NCBI GenBank assembly: GCA_963775015.1
Contig: CAVZHI010000021.1
Coordinates: 38,143 to 102,142 of the forward strand
From: an uncultured beta proteobacterium
GTDB taxonomy: Bacteria > Pseudomonadota > Gammaproteobacteria > Burkholderiales > Burkholderiaceae_C
Length of the DNA: 64,000 bases
Direction of reading: 5' to 3'
The notes below the pieces were generated by a model. The model had not been told where the DNA came from. It did not search any database and worked only from the letters and a program-made list of their open reading frames with translations. This document shows positions 1-9,441 of the stretch, piece after piece (position 1 is the first letter of the stretch; every line of letters starts with the position of its first letter). The translations under genes were made by a program, and so were the position numbers.

Positions 1-31
1 TTCGAACCCGTGTTGCTGCCGGCGCTGGCGG

Positions 32-1753
32 ATGCGGCTCCGGCCGCGGCCGAGTCACGCAAACACGCCCTGGCTGCGCCGGAGTTGCCAGCGCGTCAAC
101 AACGCTCTCGCGGTGCAGACCTTCGGGCCGTCATTCGAGGGGCAGGCCACGGCAAGCAAGATCACCACCTGGCTGTCGGAAAAGGGTTACGCGGCGCACC
201 AGCAGTCTCATGCGGGGGTCGGCGAGATGCGCACGCTCTTGAAGGAACGCCAGCACGGCTTCTTCTACATCAATTCGCACGGCGGCACTGCGGAGCTGCG
301 GCGCCAGGGTTCGCATGAGTACCTGTACTCGGTACAGACGTCGACCGTCGTCAACGCCCTGTTCGACGAAACACCCGAGATCGAAGAGGACGTCGTGGCG
401 ATTCGACTCGCTTACCACACCGGTGCCAACGGCGACGTCGGCATATTCGACGGCAAGCCGAAGTACGACACGCGCTATGGCATGACGACGGAGTTCGTCA
501 AGAAGTATTGGAACTTTGCGCCGAACAGTATCGTCATCATCAACGCCTGCGACAGCGCGAGTGCACGCTATTTCTTTGCTCCCGCCTGCCATGCCGTGAA
601 TGCAGGCGTTGTGCTCGGCTGGACCGGCACCTCCGCGGGCAGCCTGGGCAACAGCAGCGCCTACCGCGCACCGCAGTTCTTTGTCGACCGCATGCTCGGC
701 GCGAACCATGCTGAGCCAAAGGAAACTCATCCGCAGCGCGCGTTCGGTTGGGCGGACGTGATGGCGGACATGCAAAAGAAGGGACTCGACGTCGGTGCCG
801 CCGCGCCGACCAAGTTCGTTGCCCTGCCCAAGCCGGGCGGCGCGGTGCAGACCCTCGCACCGAGCATCGAGTACCTGGAGGTCGATGAATACAACGCCAA
901 GTTGACCTTGCACGGCAGCTTTGGCAGCGTGCCGGGCACGGTGTACGTCGACAAATTCCCGCTGGCGCTGCAAGGAGCGTGGGCGGCAGACAAGCTCGTC
1001 TGCCAGCTGCCGGCCACCGGCCCGGGCTCGATGGGAGCGGCCGAAGTCAAAGTCATCGATCCGAGCGGCGACAAGCGCCAAAGCAACCTGCGCCACATCA
1101 CGGAGTGGAAACTCAAGCTCAAGTACAGCCATACGATGTTCGGCATGCCGCAGCTGGTCGTAGACGGCACGGGCACGATCCGGTTTCGTGCCGACGTCGG
1201 CCGGCGTCGCCAGCGCATCGGCGAAACGCCGACGTTTCCGCTATGCCATGCCCACGCCGCCGCAGACTCCAGCCTCATCCTCAATGCCCACGGCAAGGTG
1301 GCAAGCGGCGGCGGCAGCATCACTTGGATGGGGAACGCCACCTTCCCGGGGATCGTGGCGCCCACCGAGAGCCGTGGCTTGTTGGCTTACCTGAAAGTGC
1401 AGACCGCGGCGAACAACCCCGAAGGTTCGCTCGGGCTACAGCTTCAGGAGCGCGACTCGCCACTCATTTCGAGAGTCTGTGCGCCAGAAGGTTGCAAGGA
1501 CTTGCCGATCGGCGCGAGCATCGGCACGACCGGCCTGGAGCAAGGGCCGATGCCCTTTGCCAACCCCCTGCCGGGCGGGCCGGACGTGTTGTTGAACGCG
1601 CTGAAGATCCACTTCGACAAGAACTACGCGATTGCCGCGGGCGCATTTCCCTCGGCGCAGCACCCCGAGTGGAAGGCCGAAGAGCTGTTCGTGAAGCTCA
1701 GCTGGGACGCGGTGCTGCCCGATTCGCCACCGCAAGATGACGATGAGCTGTAG
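32..1753 (+). CDS. Large hypothetical protein with a clan-CD (caspase/gingipain-like) His/Cys dyad region followed by an IPT/TIG-like segment; 5' end uncertain because the frame stays open to the window edge
   Basis: 573-aa ORF. Motifs FFYINSHGG (His codon about 278-280) and IVIINACDSAS (Cys codon about 548-550) have the spacing and hydrophobic lead-in typical of caspase-fold peptidases. Segment LTLHGSFGSVPGTVYVDKFPL...VCQLPATGPGSMGAAEVKVIDPSG looks like an IPT/TIG beta-sandwich. Confidence 0.6.
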   Translation: MRLRPRPSHANTPWLRRSCQRVNNALAVQTFGPSFEGQATASKITTWLSEKGYAAHQQSHAGVGEMRTLLKERQHGFFYINSHGGTAELRRQGSHEYLYSVQTSTVVNALFDETPEIEEDVVAIRLAYHTGANGDVGIFDGKPKYDTRYGMTTEFVKKYWNFAPNSIVIINACDSASARYFFAPACHAVNAGVVLGWTGTSAGSLGNSSAYRAPQFFVDRMLGANHAEPKETHPQRAFGWADVMADMQKKGLDVGAAAPTKFVALPKPGGAVQTLAPSIEYLEVDEYNAKLTLHGSFGSVPGTVYVDKFPLALQGAWAADKLVCQLPATGPGSMGAAEVKVIDPSGDKRQSNLRHITEWKLKLKYSHTMFGMPQLVVDGTGTIRFRADVGRRRQRIGETPTFPLCHAHAAADSSLILNAHGKVASGGGSITWMGNATFPGIVAPTESRGLLAYLKVQTAANNPEGSLGLQLQERDSPLISRVCAPEGCKDLPIGASIGTTGLEQGPMPFANPLPGGPDVLLNALKIHFDKNYAIAAGAFPSAQHPEWKAEELFVKLSWDAVLPDSPPQDDDEL

Positions 1754-1765
1754 GGTGAGGCGCGC

Positions 1766-2674
1766 TCAGGTCCGCCGCGAGCGCACGCGATCGCGCAGCA
1801 CCTCCAGCGCGTCGAGCAACACGCGCACGCGCGGCGGCAGCAAGCGGCCTGAGGGCACGACGGCGCTGATCGGCATCGGCGCGGGTTGGCAGCCGGGCAG
1901 CAGCGCTATCAGTTCACCTCGCGCCAGCTCGTCGGCAACGATGTAGTCGGGCAGCTGGCACAGGCCGAAGCCGAGCAATGCGGCGCTGCCCAGCGCCTCG
2001 GTGTCGCTGACCTGCACCGTGTGCACCGGATGCAGCTCGACGATGCGTCGGCCCTGGCGCAGCTGCCAGGGCCGGCTGCGCCCGCTGCTGGGCATGCGGA
2101 ACGCGACCGCCTTGTGCGCGGCGAGGTCTTCGATCCGCAACGGCGTGCCGTGCGCTTGCAGGTACGCCGGGCTCGCGACCATCAGCAGGCGCTGCGAGTC
2201 GATGCGCCGTGCCACCAGCGACGAATCGCGCAACTCGCCCATGCGGATCGCGAGGTCGATACCGTCGCGAACCAGGTCGGCGAAACCGTCCTGCAACCGT
2301 ACCTCGAGCGTCAGCGCCGGGTGGTCCGATTGCAGCGCGGCGAGGATCGGCAGTACGAAGCGGCGCCCGTAGTAGATCGGCAAGTCGACGCGCAAGGTCC
2401 CGCTCGGTGCCGCGCGCGTTCCGGCGGCGTCGGCCTGCAGGTCTTCGAACTCGGCGAGAACGCGTTCGCAGCGGTGGAACAGGCGCTCGCCGTCGGCCGT
2501 GAGACTGACCTGGCGCGTTGTGCGGTGAAACAGCTTCACGCCGAGCGTCGTCTCCAGGCGCGAGACGCTTTTGGCGAGCGTCGACGGCGAGCCGCCGAGG
2601 TCGCGCGCCGCTGCCGCAAAGCTGCCGCGGCGTGCGGTCTGTGCGAAAGCGAGGAACTGCTGCAGGCCTTGCAT
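1766..2674 (-). CDS. LysR-family transcriptional regulator
   Basis: 302 aa. N-terminal wHTH FAAAARDLGGSPSTLAKSVSRLETTLGVKLFHRTTRQVSLTADGE. Divergent from the cupin gene, the classic LysR arrangement. Confidence 0.9.
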   Translation of the reverse strand: MQGLQQFLAFAQTARRGSFAAAARDLGGSPSTLAKSVSRLETTLGVKLFHRTTRQVSLTADGERLFHRCERVLAEFEDLQADAAGTRAAPSGTLRVDLPIYYGRRFVLPILAALQSDHPALTLEVRLQDGFADLVRDGIDLAIRMGELRDSSLVARRIDSQRLLMVASPAYLQAHGTPLRIEDLAAHKAVAFRMPSSGRSRPWQLRQGRRIVELHPVHTVQVSDTEALGSAALLGFGLCQLPDYIVADELARGELIALLPGCQPAPMPISAVVPSGRLLPPRVRVLLDALEVLRDRVRSRRT

Positions 2675-2815
2675 CGAGCGCTCCCGATTGCGGAAGAAAT
2701 GTCCTCAATGTTACGGCGTTGCCGCATCTTCTCAAACAGTGGGCGGCGCCAGACACTGGCTTCATCCGAGGCGCCCCGGACCCATCCACCCCCGAAACAC
2801 GAACCGGAGAACCCC

Positions 2816-3193
2816 ATGAACGTGATCGAACAAACCCGCCCCGCAGCGAGCCAAATTCCAGGCGTCGCGCACGCCACCTGGGCGAGCCAGGCCGACGGAC
2901 TGGAGCAACTTTCCGTCTGGCGCCAGACGCTCGCACCCGGCGCGGCGACGCCGCCGCACCGCCACGACTGCGACGAAGTGCTGATGTGCCTGTCGGGCTG
3001 GGGCGAAGTGCACGCCGAAGGTGAGGTGAAGCGCTTCGGCGCCGATTGCACGGTCGTGCTGCCGCGCGGACGCGACCACCAGATCTTCAACACCGGCCCG
3101 CAGCCGATGGAGATCGTCGGCGTGTTCGGCGCGACGCCGGTCGCGACCCGGTTGCCCGACGGCACGGCGCTCGAGCTGCCGTGGCGCAGCTGA
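2816..3193 (+). CDS. Cupin-domain protein
   Basis: Only the last about 125 aa of ORF 1886..3193 look real. ATG at 2816. Cupin metal motif PPHRHDCDEVLMCLSGWGEV and second motif VLPRGRDHQIFN. Confidence 0.8.
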   Translation: MNVIEQTRPAASQIPGVAHATWASQADGLEQLSVWRQTLAPGAATPPHRHDCDEVLMCLSGWGEVHAEGEVKRFGADCTVVLPRGRDHQIFNTGPQPMEIVGVFGATPVATRLPDGTALELPWRS

Positions 3194-3394
3194 AAGCGCG
3201 TGCCTGTCTGGCGGGCCGTGCGTCCCAGCGGCCGCGTCCTGCCACCTCGCGGCGCGAACTGTTTTAGAAGGTTTTAGGCGCTCCCTCGTGCCGTTTAAGG
3301 ACGGCAGAGGAGGGCGCGGCGCACAGTGAGGCACCGCGTCACAGCGCGAGTGCTGCAACGCTGAAACCCACCGCAACACCTGGAGATTCACATC

Positions 3395-4030
3395 ATGTCC
3401 AAGCTCACTTCTGCCTTGCTCTTTGCCGCAGCCTTCTCCGCCGCATCCGGCGCCGGCGCGCAGAACCGCCTGCCGACGCCGAGCAGCGATTACCAGGCCG
3501 AACGCATCGTCGAATCGAGCGCCGGCACCTTCAGCGGCCGGATCTTCTTTTCCGCCGACAAGGAGCGTACTGAGACCGAGATGGGCGGCTTCCAGAACAT
3601 CACGATCACACGCCGCGACCGGAACCTCGTCTGGAACCTGATGCCGGCGCAGAAGATGGTGCGCGAGAACGACTTGCGCGCCGCACGCGACCCCTCCAGC
3701 GCGCCCGGCAATGAGGACGTGAGCGTCAGCGTCGTCGGCAGCGAGACCATCGACGGCGTCGCGACGACCAAGTACAAGCTCATCGCCAAGGACGGTGGTG
3801 CAGGCGGCTTCATGTGGATCACGCGCGAAGGCATCGCGCTGAAGATGGACCTGCTGCAAAAGGAAGGCGGCAAGGCGTCGCGCATGACGGTGACCTTGCG
3901 CAATCTGCAGGTCGGGCCGGTCGACGCGCAGCTGTTCGAAGTGCCCGAGGGTTACTCGAAGATGCCCGGCTTCAATTCGATGTTCGGCTCGGCGACTCCC
4001 GAGACGCTGAAGTCGCTGTTTTCGCGCTGA
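3395..4030 (+). CDS. Secreted hypothetical protein (signal peptide; resembles DUF4412-type periplasmic proteins)
   Basis: 211 aa. N-terminus MSKLTSALLFAAAFSAASGAGAQ is a Sec signal with an AxA site. GGAG-like RBS (ctggagattcacatcATG). Confidence 0.7.
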   Translation: MSKLTSALLFAAAFSAASGAGAQNRLPTPSSDYQAERIVESSAGTFSGRIFFSADKERTETEMGGFQNITITRRDRNLVWNLMPAQKMVRENDLRAARDPSSAPGNEDVSVSVVGSETIDGVATTKYKLIAKDGGAGGFMWITREGIALKMDLLQKEGGKASRMTVTLRNLQVGPVDAQLFEVPEGYSKMPGFNSMFGSATPETLKSLFSR

Positions 4031-4066
4031 GATCGCGCGCGGTTCACTCACACCAGGAGTCGCATC

Positions 4067-5323
4067 ATGAATTCACGCATTGCATCGTTGACGATCGCCG
4101 CGCTGGCGCTGCTGCTGGCGAGCCACGCCGCGCGCGCCGATTGGGGGCTGTCGAAGGAAGAATTGCGGACCATCGAGCAAGCCTACCCCGCCGGGCAAGC
4201 CGCCGAGCGGGCAGGCAGGATGGCCGAAGCGCTGGCGTTCTACATGACGGCTCAGTCCTACACGGGCGGGCCCAACCCGAACGCGGCCAAGGCTGCGCAG
4301 CGTGCGGCGCAAATCGCGCCGGCCATCGCCAGCGCTGAGGAGAAGAACGGGAATCACGCCCAAGCCGCCGCGCTCTACGACCAGGGCGGCCATTTCGCCG
4401 CCGCCGACCGCGCGCTGATGGTGTCAATGCGCGCGACGAAGTTGGATTCGCCGCGGATCGTCGAAGAGCTCCTGAAGCGCTTCGACGAGCGCATGTCTGA
4501 ATCGTTCCAGGCGAACCACAAGCTGCGCCTGGCAGCCGCCGGCCCCTACACGCCCGACGCGGGCTTGATCCAGGAGGTTCGCGCAGCCTTGGCGAAGGGC
4601 CCCGAGCGCACGCTGCAGCGTGAAGCCACGGCGTTCAGTGCGAAGTACTTCGAGGAGCGCGTTGCGGTGGTGCGCTCGCGTCCGGAGTCGATCGACTTGG
4701 CGGTCAACATGGCGGCGGCGAATCGTGAGCGCGACTTCCTGCAAAAGTGGCCTGACGACTTGGTGAAGAAGTCGCTCGGCGAACTCGCGGTTCTGCGCGA
4801 GTGGTCGCAGGTGGAACGCAACCCGACCGTGCAGGCGTCGATCGAGGCCCAGCTTGTGAAGCGCTCCGAAGAACGCGCCGGTGCGCTGATGAATAGCTAC
4901 AGCGGCGCACCCGAATTGCTGGAGGCAGCGAAGGACTACGCCATCGCCGTGCAAGATCTGAAACCCGCTGAAGCACGCATCGCATCGATCAAGGCCGTGG
5001 CCGGCAAACTCGGCGACGAAGCCGAAGCCAAGGCGCAGTTCAACCTGGCGATGAGCTACTTCGGCGTTGCCGGCGATTCGGCGAAGAAGCAGGCGGCGCA
5101 GAATCGCCTGAACCAGCTCATGCAGGCGAAGCTGCAGCCTGACATCGACGCCGGCAAGCGCGCCGCCGAGGCGCTGCGCGCGCAGTACAGCGACCCGGCG
5201 AAAGTGGAAGCGATGCGCAAACAGGCGCTGGCGATGCAAGCCGCGGCGCAGGCGCAGCGCGTGAGCGCCGAGCGTTCCAAACAAAGTGCCGGCGATCTGC
5301 AAAAGGAACTCGGGTTGAAGTGA
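4067..5323 (+). CDS. Secreted alpha-helical hypothetical protein
   Basis: 418 aa. Signal peptide MNSRIASLTIAALALLLASHAARA. Ala/Glu/Lys/Gln-rich helical composition. No family recognised. Confidence 0.65.
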   Translation: MNSRIASLTIAALALLLASHAARADWGLSKEELRTIEQAYPAGQAAERAGRMAEALAFYMTAQSYTGGPNPNAAKAAQRAAQIAPAIASAEEKNGNHAQAAALYDQGGHFAAADRALMVSMRATKLDSPRIVEELLKRFDERMSESFQANHKLRLAAAGPYTPDAGLIQEVRAALAKGPERTLQREATAFSAKYFEERVAVVRSRPESIDLAVNMAAANRERDFLQKWPDDLVKKSLGELAVLREWSQVERNPTVQASIEAQLVKRSEERAGALMNSYSGAPELLEAAKDYAIAVQDLKPAEARIASIKAVAGKLGDEAEAKAQFNLAMSYFGVAGDSAKKQAAQNRLNQLMQAKLQPDIDAGKRAAEALRAQYSDPAKVEAMRKQALAMQAAAQAQRVSAERSKQSAGDLQKELGLK

Positions 5324-5333
5324 GTCGGGCCGC

Positions 5334-5354
5334 GGCCAGGCCACGAGCCTGGCC
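5334..5354 (+). terminator. GC hairpin 11 nt after the stop of the 4067..5323 gene (possible intrinsic terminator, no T-tract)
   Basis: ggccaggc-cacga-gcctggcc, a perfect 8-bp stem. Confidence 0.3.
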
Positions 5355-5449
5355 ATCGGCGCGACGCCTCAGCGAGCGCGTGCGAGCTCGGGTGCTACGA
5401 TTCCAGCGCCCCCTCACGCAGGCGCAACTCCGGCGCCCGACTCTTCCCC

Positions 5450-6238
5450 GTGGAACCCACCGAATCCGAGCACGTGCTCGTGGCGCGCGACGGCGCCGTC
5501 CTCACGCTCACGTTCAACCGCCCCGAAGCGCGCAACGCGATGACCTGGGGCATGTACGAGCGCCTGTTCCAGACCTGCGAAGAAGTCGACACCGACGACT
5601 CGATTCGCGTGCTCGTTCTCAAGGGCGCGGGCGGCAAGGCCTTCGTCGCCGGAACCGACATCGCCCAGTTCGCACAGTTCAAGAGCGGCGAAGACGGGCT
5701 GCGCTACGAGCGCGACTCGGAGCGCTACCTGGGCCGCGTCGCGCAAGTCAGGAAGCCCGTGATCGCGCAGATCCAGGGGTTTGCCGTCGGCGGCGGCTTC
5801 GGCATCGCCGCCGGCGCTGACGTTCGCATCGCCACGCCCGACGCGAGCTTCGGCGTGCCGATCGCGCGCACGCTCGGCAACTGCCTGTCGATGCGCGCGT
5901 ACGCGAGCTTCGTCGACATCCTCGGCGCGTCGCGCCTGAAGGAGATGATGCTCACGGCGCGGCTGCTTTCGGCGGCTGAAGCGCTCACCGCCGGCTTCGT
6001 GCATCACATCGTCAGCGCGGAGCAGATCGAGACCCACGTGCGCGAGTTGGCGCAGCGAATCGCCTCGCACGCGCCGATCACGATGGCGGTGACGAAGGAA
6101 TCGGTGCGGCGCCTCCAGGAATCGCGCGCGCTGCCCGACGGCGACGACCTGATCGTCAAGACCTACGCCAGCGCCGACTTTGCCGAAGGCGTGCGCGCTT
6201 TCATCGAGAAGCGCGCGCCGCACTGGACCGGCAAATAG
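5450..6238 (+). CDS. Enoyl-CoA hydratase/isomerase (crotonase) family protein
   Basis: 262 aa. LTLTFNRPEARNAMT, KAFVAGTDI and GFAVGGGFGIAAGADVRIA are crotonase-fold signatures. GTG start assumed. Confidence 0.85.
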   Translation: MEPTESEHVLVARDGAVLTLTFNRPEARNAMTWGMYERLFQTCEEVDTDDSIRVLVLKGAGGKAFVAGTDIAQFAQFKSGEDGLRYERDSERYLGRVAQVRKPVIAQIQGFAVGGGFGIAAGADVRIATPDASFGVPIARTLGNCLSMRAYASFVDILGASRLKEMMLTARLLSAAEALTAGFVHHIVSAEQIETHVRELAQRIASHAPITMAVTKESVRRLQESRALPDGDDLIVKTYASADFAEGVRAFIEKRAPHWTGK

Positions 6239-6240
6239 CG

Positions 6241-7149
6241 GTGGGCACGCAGGCCCTCACGCCGAAAGCCTTCGTCACGCTGCTGTTCCTCGCGTGCCTG
6301 TTCGGCGCGAACCATGTCGCTGCGCGCGTCGCGCTGGACCATGGTGTGGACGTGACGACGGCGGTGGCGGCGCGCAGCCTCGCGACCGCGCTCGTCGTCG
6401 GCCTGCTCGTGTGGTGGGCGCGAGTCCCGCTCGCGCTGAATCCGCGCCAGCGCCGCATGATGCTCGCGATCGGCCTGCTCGTGACGGTGCAAAGCGTCTG
6501 GCTGTATTCGTCGGTTGCGCTCATTCCCGTCGGCCTGGCGCTGCTCGCGTTCAACAGCTATCCGCTGTGGGCCGCGCTGGCGATCTGGCTGCTCTACAAG
6601 CGCGCGCCGCAGCGCGCCGTGCTGATCGCGATGCCGATCATTCTGGCGGGCCTCGCGCTCGCGCTTGACGTGGCGGGCCTGGCTTCGGGGCTGGGCGCGC
6701 AGGCGCAGTGGGACCGCATCGGCAAGGGCGTCGCCTACGGCGTCGGCGCGGGCGCAACCTTCGGCATGGTGCTCGCGCTCACGCAGCACGAAGTCGCTGC
6801 GCTCGACGGGCGCCTGCGCAGCGCGATCACGATGGTCATCGTCGGCGTGCTGGCGCTGGGCGGTGCGCTCACGCAAGGTGGGCTGCACTGGCCGAATGCG
6901 GCTGCGGGTTGGTGGGGCCTGCTGCTGCTGAGCATCTTCTATGGCACGGCGTTCACGATGCTCTTCACGCTCTTGCCCAAACTCGGCGTCGTCGGCAATT
7001 CGCCGATCCTCAACGTCGAGCCGGTCGCTGCGCTCGGCATGGCGTGGCTGGTTCTGGACCAGCGCGTCGCGCCGATCCAGTGGCTCGGCGCCGTGCTCGT
7101 CGTCGGTACGGTGATGGCTTTGGGGCTGCGCCGGCCGAAAGCGACTTGA
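6241..7149 (+). CDS. EamA/DMT-family transporter
   Basis: 302 aa, about 10 hydrophobic helices in two halves. Starts 3 nt after the crotonase stop. Confidence 0.8.
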   Translation: MGTQALTPKAFVTLLFLACLFGANHVAARVALDHGVDVTTAVAARSLATALVVGLLVWWARVPLALNPRQRRMMLAIGLLVTVQSVWLYSSVALIPVGLALLAFNSYPLWAALAIWLLYKRAPQRAVLIAMPIILAGLALALDVAGLASGLGAQAQWDRIGKGVAYGVGAGATFGMVLALTQHEVAALDGRLRSAITMVIVGVLALGGALTQGGLHWPNAAAGWWGLLLLSIFYGTAFTMLFTLLPKLGVVGNSPILNVEPVAALGMAWLVLDQRVAPIQWLGAVLVVGTVMALGLRRPKAT

Positions 7150-7198
7150 GGAGGCGGGGCTCGCCACAGTCCCCAAGCACTCGACGCGCGAGGTCGTA

Positions 7199-7465
7199 TC
7201 AGGGCCTGGGCGGAGCCGGCAGGTCGCGCTCGCGCAGCATCACGGGTTCGATCGACCCGCCCGCGATGCGGCGCCGCACGGCGGCGTCGATGACTTCGCG
7301 GTTCTTCGTGTAGACGGCGAGCGCGTCGGCGCCGCTGAGTTGAGCGCCAAAACTGTAGTGCAGCGTCTGTTTGCTGATCGTCGCCCCGACTTGTTGCCCG
7401 GCGTCGCTGAGAACCCAGAAGCGAACCGAAGCCGAATCGTCGTGCAGGTGTGGGGCAGGAAGCAT
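7199..7465 (-). CDS. Small conserved hypothetical protein (DUF1488-like by recollection)
   Basis: 88-aa ORF with non-shadow composition, convergent with the EamA gene. Confidence 0.45.
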   Translation of the reverse strand: MLPAPHLHDDSASVRFWVLSDAGQQVGATISKQTLHYSFGAQLSGADALAVYTKNREVIDAAVRRRIAGGSIEPVMLRERDLPAPPRP

Positions 7466-7531
7466 GCGCGCATCATGCGCTTTCCGCGAAGGCCCTACGC
7501 CGCGCTGCGGGTCGCGGCCCGGCGACGCGCG

Positions 7532-8608
7532 CTAATTTGCCGGCAGGCGCGGCGCGTTTTGCAGGAGTTCGGCAAGTTCCTTTTTCCAGAACTTCGCCTG
7601 GCCCGTCGTGCCGTGGCCGGCGGTCAACTCGCTGCCCGGGATGAGCAAGATGCGGCCGTTCTTCACGCGCTTGATCTCGCGCTCCAGAACGCCGTTTTCC
7701 GGCGGGTTGCGCTCGTCGTCGGACGAGTTGATCGCGAGCAAGGTGGCCTGGATCTTCTCAAGCCCCGCCGACGGGTGGTAGTCGCGCGACGCGTCCCATT
7801 GGTAGAGAACGTCGTTCGCATCGGCGGTGAACGGCGCGTTCAGGCGCTGGTTCAGCAGCTGGTCGGCGCGTTCGCGGGTCGGCGCCGACTTGTTCAGCGC
7901 CTGGCTTCCGCCGTTTGTCGCGAGGCCGTAGAACACGGAAGCGAACTGCGCGCTTTTCGGCTGCACCGTGTAGTTGCCGCCCAGCCACTGCGGGTCATTG
8001 CGGATCGAATCCGTGATGAGCCTGCGCAGCATCCAGTTGCGGCTCCCCATTTCGCTCGGCAGCGACGCCATCGGCACGGCGACGTCGAGGTACTGCGGGT
8101 ACTTCTGCGCAAAGATCCAGGTCTCCATGCCGCCCATCGAATTGCCGAGCACCAGGCGCAGATGGCGCACGCCCAGGTGTTCGGTGAGCAGGCGGTAATG
8201 CGCGTGCACCATGTCGTCGTAGTTGTACTTCGGGAAATTGGCGCGTTGGCCGTCGGAAGGTTTGCTCGATTTGCCGTGGCCGATCGCGTCGGGCAGGATC
8301 ACGAAGTAGCGGGTCGCATCGAGCGCCTGCCCCGGGCCGAACAATTCGCCGCCGAATCCGGGCGAGAGCAGGCCCGCGCCGGACCCCGTCGTGCCGTGCA
8401 ACAGCAACACCGCCTCGCCCGTGGGCGCGCCGAGCGTCGTGTAGTGCAGCCGCAGCTCGGGCAAGGTTTCGCCGCTCGCGAAGCGGAAGTCGCGAACGAC
8501 CCACGAACCTTCCTTGGGCGCGGGGAAGTCTGCGGCGCAGGCGCTGCTGCCGAGCAGCGCGAGCAGCAGCGCCGTGGTGAAGTGCTGCAAAGTGGTCGCG
8601 AATCTCAT
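7532..8608 (-). CDS. Secreted alpha/beta-hydrolase
   Basis: 358 aa. Signal peptide MRFATTLQHFTTALLLALLGSSACA. Oxyanion region LLLHGTTGSG. Nucleophile elbow LGNSMGGM (G-x-S-x-G). Confidence 0.85.
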   Translation of the reverse strand: MRFATTLQHFTTALLLALLGSSACAADFPAPKEGSWVVRDFRFASGETLPELRLHYTTLGAPTGEAVLLLHGTTGSGAGLLSPGFGGELFGPGQALDATRYFVILPDAIGHGKSSKPSDGQRANFPKYNYDDMVHAHYRLLTEHLGVRHLRLVLGNSMGGMETWIFAQKYPQYLDVAVPMASLPSEMGSRNWMLRRLITDSIRNDPQWLGGNYTVQPKSAQFASVFYGLATNGGSQALNKSAPTRERADQLLNQRLNAPFTADANDVLYQWDASRDYHPSAGLEKIQATLLAINSSDDERNPPENGVLEREIKRVKNGRILLIPGSELTAGHGTTGQAKFWKKELAELLQNAPRLPAN

Positions 8609-8646
8609 CGTTGTCTCCTTCGTGTCGAAATCGTGTCGATAGCGGG

Positions 8647-9438
8647 TCAGTAGGCACTTCGATCGTCACTATCGCGGTCCCGCGAAGCGTCGCCGAGCAC
8701 CGATTCAATGTCGGCGAGCAGCGCGCTCGCGCCGAACCGCAGTCGCGCCGGCGTGAGCGCTTGCGCGCCGAGTTGATCTTCCACCAGGTCGATATAGCGT
8801 GCTGCGTCGGCGACGCTGCGAATACCTCCCGAGGCCTTGAAGCCGACCCGCGCCGTGGCGCCAGGGTCGTTCGCGATCGCTTGCAGCATCACCTGCGCGG
8901 CGTTCAAGGTCGCGCTCACCGGCGTCTTGCCGGTGCTCGTCTTGAGGAAGTCGGCGCCCGCGTCGAGCGCGATTCGCGCTGCCTGCCGAATCAGCGCTAC
9001 GTCGCGCAGCTCGCCGGTCTCCAGAATGACCTTGAGCAGCAAGCCGTCGCAGGCGCTGCGCACCGCCGCGAGCAGCGCAGCGCAGGACTTGACGTCACCG
9101 GATTGCAAGGCGCGGTAAGGCAGCACGACGTCGACTTCCTGCGCGCCGGCCTGCACGATCCTGCCGGTGTCGCGCATGGCCTGCTGCACGTCGGCCGACC
9201 CGTCGGGAAAGTTCGCGACCGCGGCGACGCCGATTCGCGCCGGCAATTGCTCGCGTGCCAGAAGCGCAAAACGCGGCCAGACGCAGAGCGCGGCGACGCC
9301 GCCGCGCGGGCCGGTGGATGCGGCGGCGCGTGCGCACAGCGCGCCGATTTGCTCCGGCGTGTCGGCATCGTTCAGGCTCGTCAGATCGAGGCATGCGAGC
9401 GCAATCGCGGCGGATTCAGCAGGCGTTCGAGCCATCAC
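8647..9438 (-). CDS. deoC: Deoxyribose-phosphate aldolase
   Basis: 263 aa. LDLTSLND near the N-terminus and the Schiff-base lysine context GADFLKTSTGK. Last gene of the cdd-PNP-deoC string. Confidence 0.85.
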   Translation of the reverse strand: MMARTPAESAAIALACLDLTSLNDADTPEQIGALCARAAASTGPRGGVAALCVWPRFALLAREQLPARIGVAAVANFPDGSADVQQAMRDTGRIVQAGAQEVDVVLPYRALQSGDVKSCAALLAAVRSACDGLLLKVILETGELRDVALIRQAARIALDAGADFLKTSTGKTPVSATLNAAQVMLQAIANDPGATARVGFKASGGIRSVADAARYIDLVEDQLGAQALTPARLRFGASALLADIESVLGDASRDRDSDDRSAY

Positions 9439-9441
9439 TGA

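Noticed and set aside
1886-3193. 435-aa plus-strand ORF overlapping the LysR gene
   Set aside because: The first about 310 codons are antisense to a clear LysR regulator and are Arg/Ala-rich junk. Only the terminal cupin portion from ATG 2816 is credible.
3279-3322. Nested hairpin (gcgctccctc..tgccgt-ttaagg-acggca..gaggagggcgc) between the cupin gene and the secreted-protein gene, considered as a riboswitch or sRNA
   Set aside because: It has only a simple imperfect stem-loop and no recognisable riboswitch core. It is most simply a terminator or attenuator-like hairpin, and the evidence is too weak to list as a feature.
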